A DNA stretch of 27,074 bases from Candidatus Limnocylindria bacterium. GTDB lineage: Bacteria; Chloroflexota; Limnocylindria; QHBO01. Under the pieces are notes generated by a model. The model was not told the DNA's origin. It made no database searches and saw nothing but the letters and a program-made list of their open reading frames with translations. Both the position numbers and the translations under genes were made by a program. This document shows positions 21,765 to 27,074 of the stretch, one piece after another (position 1 is the stretch's first letter; each line of letters starts with the position of its first letter). The stretch is from NCBI GenBank assembly GCA_036258775.1, contig DATADA010000183.1:1-27074 (forward strand), written 5' to 3'.

Positions 21765-22742
21765 TCAGAAGGCGGCCGGCGGGCCGGCGACGCCGACCGC
21801 TCCGTCCCGGTGACGCGCCACCAGCTCCGTGAAGACGTCGTCGAACGACGGCTGGTACTCCTCGATCGAGTGCACGCCGATCCCGCGCTCGTTGAGCCGC
21901 TCGGTGATGCGCGGGGTGGACGTTCCCGCCTCGCCGGTGACCGCCACCAGGGTGTAGGCGTCGATCTGGCGCACGCTGGTGATGCCGGCGACGTCCCGCA
22001 GCGCCTCGGGGGTCACCTCGCGGGTCGCGCGCACGCGGAGCAGGTCGCCGCCGTAGGTGCGCCGGCGCAGCTCCTCCGGCTCGTCGACGGCGATCAGCTC
22101 GCCGGTGGCGAGCAGCGCGACGTTGTCGCAGTATTCCGCCTCTGCGACGTACTGGGTCGTGCAGAGCAGCGTGCGTCCGGCGTCGCGCAGCCTGCGGAGC
22201 TCGTCCCAGATCGACTTGCGCAGGATCGGGTCGATCCCGGCGGTCGGCTCGTCGACGAACAGGACGGCCGGGTCGTGGACGATCGCGCAGGCCAGCTCGA
22301 GCCGACGCTGCATGCCGCCGGACAGGTCCGAGGCCCGGCGGTGGCGGACGTCCCACAGCTCGACGACCTCGAGCGCACGGCGGATGAGCCGGCTGCGCTT
22401 CCACCAGGGGGTGCCGAACATGGCAGAGATGAAGCCGACGTTCTCCTTCACGGTGAGGTCCGGGTAGAGGCTGAAGAGCTGCGGCATGTACGCGATTCGC
22501 TCGCGGTGGCTGCGGCGGAAGCGCCTCGGCTCGACCCCCATGACGCGCACCGTGCCCGCGCTGGGCGCAAGGATGCCGGCCAGCATGCGGACGACGGTCG
22601 TCTTGCCCGACCCCGACGGCCCGATGAGCCCGAGGATCGTTCCCGGCTCGACCCCGAGCGTCAGGTCGCGCACGGCCACCACGTCGCCGTAGCGGCGCGT
22701 GACGCCGCGCATGTCGATCACCGGCTCGACCGCCCGCTCCAT
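21765..22742 (-). CDS. ABC transporter ATP-binding protein (drug-exporter type, with C-terminal extension)
   Basis: GPSGSGKTT, LSGGMQRR, VDEPTAGIDP, TTQY. Start is ATG 22742 or TTG 22754. Confidence 0.93.
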   Translation of the reverse strand: MERAVEPVIDMRGVTRRYGDVVAVRDLTLGVEPGTILGLIGPSGSGKTTVVRMLAGILAPSAGTVRVMGVEPRRFRRSHRERIAYMPQLFSLYPDLTVKENVGFISAMFGTPWWKRSRLIRRALEVVELWDVRHRRASDLSGGMQRRLELACAIVHDPAVLFVDEPTAGIDPILRKSIWDELRRLRDAGRTLLCTTQYVAEAEYCDNVALLATGELIAVDEPEELRRRTYGGDLLRVRATREVTPEALRDVAGITSVRQIDAYTLVAVTGEAGTSTPRITERLNERGIGVHSIEEYQPSFDDVFTELVARHRDGAVGVAGPPAAF

Positions 22743-22789
22743 GCCGCGGCGCAAAGCAATCGGCGTGCCGAGGCTCGCTCGTCAGACGA

Positions 22790-23533
22790 CTAGACGGTCG
22801 CCCGCTCGGCGAGCAGGGCCCGGAGCCGCTCGGCGTCGCGGAGGGCGTGTCCCTCGGGATCGTTGTTGAAGTATGCCCACACCGCCCGGCCGTCCCCGGC
22901 CCAGCCGGCGATGCGGTCCGCCCAGGCGGCGAGCGTCTCGGGGCCGTAGCTGCCCTGGTAGCGGCCGACCGAGCCGTGGAAGCGCACGTAGACGAACGGC
23001 CCCACCGGCTCCGTCGGCGACTCGGAGCCGCGCATGTCGTGCAGGCAGAGGGCGGCCCGGTGACGCTCGAGCAGGGCGAACGTGTCGGCGTGGTACCACG
23101 ACGCATCACGGAACTCGAGGGCCTGCGCCCGGCGGCGTGGCACGCTGGCGAGGAACTCGTCGAGCCGCTGCAGGTTGCGGTTCCAGCGCGGCGGCAGCTG
23201 GTAGAGCACCGGCCCGAGCCGCTCCCCGAGGCGCCGCGCCCGGCTCCAGAAGCGCTCGACCGGCTCGGCCGGCTCGCGCAGCCGCTTGAGATGGGTCAGG
23301 TAGCGGCTCGCCTTGACCGCCATGACGAAGCCGGCCGGTAGCCGCTTCCGCCATCCGGCGAAGGTCTCGGCCGCCGGGAGCCGGTAGAAGGAGTTGTTCA
23401 GCTCGACGGTGTCGAACCGCTCGGCGTAGAACTCGAGCCAGCGCGACTTCGGCAGCTCGCGCGGGTAGAAGACGCCGCGCCAGTGGTCGTACTCCCAGCC
23501 CGACGTGCCGATCCGGACCGATGCGCTGGCCAC
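22790..23533 (-). CDS. DUF72 domain-containing protein
   Basis: RIGTSGW, VELNNSFYRLP, FVMAVKASRYLTHLKRL, LGPVLYQLPP, ALEFRDASW, VYVRFHG, WAYFNND. Start is GTG 23533 or in-frame ATG 23575. Confidence 0.92.
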   Translation of the reverse strand: MASASVRIGTSGWEYDHWRGVFYPRELPKSRWLEFYAERFDTVELNNSFYRLPAAETFAGWRKRLPAGFVMAVKASRYLTHLKRLREPAEPVERFWSRARRLGERLGPVLYQLPPRWNRNLQRLDEFLASVPRRRAQALEFRDASWYHADTFALLERHRAALCLHDMRGSESPTEPVGPFVYVRFHGSVGRYQGSYGPETLAAWADRIAGWAGDGRAVWAYFNNDPEGHALRDAERLRALLAERATV

Positions 23534-23617
23534 GCCCGTCCAGGTGCGGATTCCGGGCCACGCGGCACGCTCCATGCGGGATTGCGGCTGCGAAGCAAGC
23601 AAGCGGAGGCCGGAACC

Positions 23618-23869
23618 GTGGCCGAGCTGAGCACGAAGGAGCGCGATCGGCTGCGCAGGGACCAGTTCGCCTACGTCGACTCCGACGGCGGCGAGCACCT
23701 GCCGATCCACGACGAGTCGCACGCGCGCAACGCCATCAGCCGCTTCAGCCAGACCGACTTCGAGTCGAAGGCGGCCAGGGAACGCGCCCGGAAGAAGATC
23801 CTCAAGGCGGCCGAGCGCTTCGGGATCGACGTGTCCGAGGACGCCGACGTCCGCCGGCCCGCTCGCTGA
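23618..23869 (+). CDS. Small conserved hypothetical protein (DUF6582-like)
   Basis: GGAGG RBS then GTG 23618. 83 aa, LSTKERDRLRRDQFAY...LPIHDESHARNAISRFSQ; resemblance to DUF6582 is from memory. Confidence 0.8.
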   Translation: MAELSTKERDRLRRDQFAYVDSDGGEHLPIHDESHARNAISRFSQTDFESKAARERARKKILKAAERFGIDVSEDADVRRPAR

Positions 23870-23872
23870 CCG

Positions 23873-24760
23873 ATGCGGGCGATCTGGAAGGGCGCCATCA
23901 GCTTCGGGATGGTCAGCATCCCGGTGAAGCTGTACACCGCCACCGAGCAGAAGGACGTGCGCTTCAAGCTGCTCCACCGCGACGACGGGGCGCCGATCGT
24001 CGAGAAGCGCTTCTGCACCGCGGAGGACCGCGAGGTCGCCTGGGACGACCTCGTGCGCGGCTACGAGGTGTCGAAGGGCGAGTACGTCATCCTCGACCCC
24101 GCGGAGATCGAGGCGGCCAAGCCCGAGAGCGCGACCACCATCGACATCGGCGACTTCGTGGAGCTGACCGAGGTCGACCCGATCTATTTCGAGAAGAGCT
24201 ACTTCCTCGAGCCGACCGACGTCGGCGCCAAGGCCTTCACGCTCCTGCGCCGGGCCCTGGAGGAGACCGGGCGGGTCGCCGTCGCCAAGGTGACGATCCG
24301 CTCCAAGGAGCGGCTCGCCACGGTGCGCGCCTACGACGGTACGCTCCTGCTCGAGACGATGTTCTGGCCCGACGAGATCCGCTCCACCGGCGGGCTCGAC
24401 CTGCCCGACGGCGAGGAGACGCGCGTGCGGCCGAAGGAGCTGGACATGGCGCGCAGCCTGGTCGAGAGCCTCTCCGATCGCTTCAAACCGGACGAGTACA
24501 CCGACCGTTACCGGATCGCCCTGCAGGAGCTGATCGAGCGCAAGATGAAGGGGGAGGCGCGCTCGGCGAAGCGCCGCAAGCCCGAGCCGAAGGTCGTCGA
24601 CCTGATGGAGGCGCTGGAGGCGTCGCTCCGGGCGAGCCGCGGCGGGAATGGAAACGAGGATGAGGCTCCGTCGCCGCGCGGCAGGCGGAAGGCCGGCCAG
24701 CGCGCCGGCAAGCGCGATGCGAGCGAGGGACGCGCCCGCCGCGGCCGGAGCGCGGCGTGA
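23873..24760 (+). CDS. ku: Non-homologous end-joining DNA-binding protein Ku
   Basis: MRAIWKGAISFGMVSIPVKLY, LVRGYE, IDIGDFV, VDPIYFEKSYFL, TMFWPDEIR, KVVDLMEALEASL, basic C-terminal tail. Confidence 0.97.
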   Translation: MRAIWKGAISFGMVSIPVKLYTATEQKDVRFKLLHRDDGAPIVEKRFCTAEDREVAWDDLVRGYEVSKGEYVILDPAEIEAAKPESATTIDIGDFVELTEVDPIYFEKSYFLEPTDVGAKAFTLLRRALEETGRVAVAKVTIRSKERLATVRAYDGTLLLETMFWPDEIRSTGGLDLPDGEETRVRPKELDMARSLVESLSDRFKPDEYTDRYRIALQELIERKMKGEARSAKRRKPEPKVVDLMEALEASLRASRGGNGNEDEAPSPRGRRKAGQRAGKRDASEGRARRGRSAA

Positions 24761-24899
24761 CCCGGGCGATCGGCGAGCGCCCGGCGCACCGCAGCGGCGG
24801 GCATACAGGGTGGGCACCGCCCGGGAAGCGGCCGTCGCACTCGCGCTGGCGCTGGCGCCGGGCGCGGCGAGCTGCGGGACCGGTGGGGAGGGAACGGCG

Positions 24900-25355
24900 A
24901 TGACGGCCCAGCTGACGGTCAGCAGCGACGCCTTCGAGGAGGGCGGCGCCATCCCGGCGCGCCACGCGTGCGACGGGGAGGACGTGTCGCCGCCGCTGCG
25001 CTGGAGCCGCGGGCCGGAGGAGACCGGCGCGTACGCGCTCATCGTCGACGATCCGGACGCGCGTGGGTTCGTCCACTGGGTGGTGGCCGACATCCCCGCG
25101 AGCCGCACCGAGCTGGACGAGGCGGCGTCCGGCGGCGAGATCGAAGGCATCGAGGGCCGCAACGACTTCGGCGGCACCGGCTGGAGCGGACCCTGCCCGC
25201 CGTCCGGCACGCACCGCTACACCTTCAGCGTCTACGCGCTCCGCGAGCCGCTCCAGCTCGCCGGCGACATCGACGCCGGCACGCTGCGCGCCGCGATGGA
25301 GGGACGCGTCGTGGCCGAGGGCTCCGTCACCGCCACCTATCGACGCGGCGGCTGA
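24900..25355 (+). CDS. YbhB/YbcL family Raf kinase inhibitor-like (PEBP) protein
   Basis: GGAGGG RBS then ATG 24900. CDGEDVSPPLRW, ALIVDDPDA..FVHWVV, GRNDFG..GWSGPCPPSGTHRYTF. Confidence 0.92.
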   Translation: MTAQLTVSSDAFEEGGAIPARHACDGEDVSPPLRWSRGPEETGAYALIVDDPDARGFVHWVVADIPASRTELDEAASGGEIEGIEGRNDFGGTGWSGPCPPSGTHRYTFSVYALREPLQLAGDIDAGTLRAAMEGRVVAEGSVTATYRRGG

Positions 25356-25367
25356 CGTCGACCGGGG

Positions 25368-27074
25368 TCAGCCCCCGAAGAACGCGGCCATCACCTGGCG
25401 GACGAGCGGCGCGGCGTCCGAGCCGCCGGTGGCGAGCGGAACCTGGACGAGCACGGTGGCCACGGAGATGGTCGGATCTTCGGCCGGCGCAATGGCCGGG
25501 AACCAGGCGTTCGGGTTCGGGGTCCCGGTCTCGGCCGTGCCGCTCTTTCCGGCGACCGGCACGCCGAACCCGGCGAACGCCGCCGTCGCCGTCCCGTACG
25601 GCAGCGTGACGACCGCCCGCATCGTCTCGACGATGTAGGCGAGCTGCTCGGGCGCAAGCGGCACCCGCCGGATGGGCTCCGGCGCGAAGCTCTCGACGAC
25701 CTGCCCGTCCGGGTCGCGGGTCTCGACCGCGATCCGCGGCGTCCACAGCGTGCCGCCGTTGCCGATCGCGGCGTACGCGTTGGCGAGCTGCAGCGGGGTG
25801 ACCAGCAGCGGCCCCTGGCCGATGGAGAGCTGCAGCTGGTCGTGGAAGCCGTAGCCGCTGCCACGGTTCGCCTGCATCCATCCCTCGTCCGGGACGATGC
25901 CCGCCTCCTCGGGCAGATAGCGCGCCCCGCTCGCCGCGCCGAAGCCGAACGCCCTGACCATCTCCGGCAGCGCGCCCGGGTCGACGACGAACACGTCACC
26001 GGCCAGGGGCATGTAGGTCGTGTTGCAGCTGAATGCCATCGCCTCCGCCAGCGAGACGACGCCGGGCAGCGAGTGCTGCTCGAAGTTCACGTAGGTCACG
26101 CCGTCGACCGGCCAGGTCGGCGGGCAGGTGACGCCGCTCTGCGCGGTCGCGACGCCGGTCGCCAGCGCGGCCGCCAGCGTGAAGGGCTTGAAGGCGGAGC
26201 CGGCCGGGTAGCCACCCAGGGCGGCCTTGTTGAGCAGCTGGTTGAAATCGGCCGGCGAAAGAGCGGTCCCGTCGAGCGCGAGCCCGGTTGCGAGCGAGTT
26301 CGGATCGAATGCCGGCCGGCTCGCCAGCGCCCAGATGTCCCCGCTGGCGGGGTCCACGACCGCGGTCGCCGCATCGGCGTACGGCGCCAGGACGCCCTCC
26401 GCGGCGCGCTGGAGCGCCGGCCGGATGGTGATGACGAGGTCGGCCCCGGGGACGCCGGCGCTCTCGAGGACCGGAGTGGGTCCGCCTCCCTCGGGCACCG
26501 CCTCCAGGCGCCAGCCGGGCGAGCCGCGCAGGACGTCGTCGGCGGTCGCCTCCAGCCCGCTCCGGCCGACGGGGTCGCCGATCTCGTAGCCGGCCTGCGG
26601 CCGCGCCTCGATGTCCTCGGCGGTGACCTCGCTGGCATAGCCGACCAGCTGCCCGGCGAGCTGGCGCTGCGGGTAGACGCGGGTGCCGTCGTCGCGGTTG
26701 TCGGCGAACACGGTCCCGTCCTGCGCGACGATCCGGCCGCGCGGGGAGAGCACCCGGGCCAGGCGCAGCTGCCCCCGCTCACCGAGCTCGGGGAACAGCA
26801 CCGCCGGCGACCAGCGCACCTGCCAGCCGGTCGCGCCGCGGGTCAGCAGCAGGCGGCGCTCGACCTCGACCGCTCCGAACCGCTCCGTGTCGAACGTGAT
26901 GCCGGCCTCCACCCCGACCGCAGGCACCGGCCCCTCGACCGGGGCGTCCGTCGGCAGCGCGGGGGACGCGGCCGGCGCACCGCTCGCGACCGGTGCCTCG
27001 CTGGCCGGACCGCCTCCGGCCGGACTGGCCGCCGGAGTCGGGCGGGCGGGCGGCGCGAGGTCGGGCGGCCGCGG
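25368..27074 (-). CDS. Class B penicillin-binding protein / transpeptidase (PBP2/MrdA-like), 5'-truncated by the window
   Basis: SxxK (GSAFKPF), SxN (SCN) and KSG (GKSGTAE) motifs; dimerisation-domain motifs PRGRI..DG and VGRSGLE. The frame stays open to 27074 through a Pro/Ala/Ser-rich linker. Confidence 0.92.
   Translation of the reverse strand, partial: PRPPDLAPPARPTPAASPAGGGPASEAPVASGAPAASPALPTDAPVEGPVPAVGVEAGITFDTERFGAVEVERRLLLTRGATGWQVRWSPAVLFPELGERGQLRLARVLSPRGRIVAQDGTVFADNRDDGTRVYPQRQLAGQLVGYASEVTAEDIEARPQAGYEIGDPVGRSGLEATADDVLRGSPGWRLEAVPEGGGPTPVLESAGVPGADLVITIRPALQRAAEGVLAPYADAATAVVDPASGDIWALASRPAFDPNSLATGLALDGTALSPADFNQLLNKAALGGYPAGSAFKPFTLAAALATGVATAQSGVTCPPTWPVDGVTYVNFEQHSLPGVVSLAEAMAFSCNTTYMPLAGDVFVVDPGALPEMVRAFGFGAASGARYLPEEAGIVPDEGWMQANRGSGYGFHDQLQLSIGQGPLLVTPLQLANAYAAIGNGGTLWTPRIAVETRDPDGQVVESFAPEPIRRVPLAPEQLAYIVETMRAVVTLPYGTATAAFAGFGVPVAGKSGTAETGTPNPNAWFPAIAPAEDPTISVATVLVQVPLATGGSDAAPLVRQVMAAFFGG

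Noticed and set aside
24810-24899. Possible lipoprotein signal (VGTAREAAVALALALAPGAASC) on the YbhB/YbcL protein from GTG 24810
   Set aside because: The h-region is short and broken by Pro-Gly, there is no clear RBS for that GTG, and ATG 24900 has a strong RBS. Not excluded, but unsupported.
23534-25210. 806-aa ORF 22790-25210 as one large protein
   Set aside because: Only the last 250-260 aa or so are DUF72. The rest is antisense to the DUF6582-like, ku and YbhB genes.
26967-27074. 7-bp inverted repeat (26967-26973 / 27067-27073) suggesting a terminal inversion like the one at the window start
   Set aside because: Flipping the segment gives a less plausible peptide than the as-assembled Pro/Ala/Ser linker. 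Such repeats arise by chance at this GC content.
1-27074. CRISPR arrays, tRNA/rRNA, transposases, integrases, prophage or defence genes
   Set aside because: No regularly spaced repeats, RNA gene signatures or mobile-element motifs were seen, and no obvious compositional island.

Overview
Very GC-rich bacterial DNA (about 70-75% by eye). Gene content suggests Chloroflexota, possibly Limnocylindria-like; this is inference only. The window is densely coding and largely devoted to redox functions. In order: (1) a complete, translationally coupled cytochrome c maturation System I operon, ccmABCDEFGH (minus strand, ccmH cut by the window edge); (2) divergently, a cupredoxin lipoprotein, an HxlR-type regulator, a GAF-type free Met-(R)-sulfoxide reductase, and an ECF sigma factor overlapping a gene that fuses an anti-sigma-like N-terminus, an internal twin-arginine motif and a Rieske [2Fe-2S] domain; (3) an aminotransferase, a glyoxylate reductase and a small membrane protein; (4) an IscA/HesB Fe-S carrier; (5) a GbsR/MarR regulator and a class II aldolase; (6) a seven-gene Rieske/cytochrome b operon headed by a GltD/NfnB/DsrL-like FAD/Fe-S NAD(P)H oxidoreductase, with split cytochrome b, Rieske protein, diheme cytochrome c and two unknown membrane proteins; (7) an ABC-2 exporter; (8) DUF72, a small DUF6582-like protein, Ku and a YbhB/YbcL protein; (9) a truncated class B penicillin-binding protein. 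The best candidates for undescribed systems are the ECF sigma / Rieske-anti-sigma pair and the flavoprotein-coupled bc complex with extra subunits. I saw no RNA genes, CRISPR arrays or mobile elements. All family assignments come from motif recognition, not database searches.
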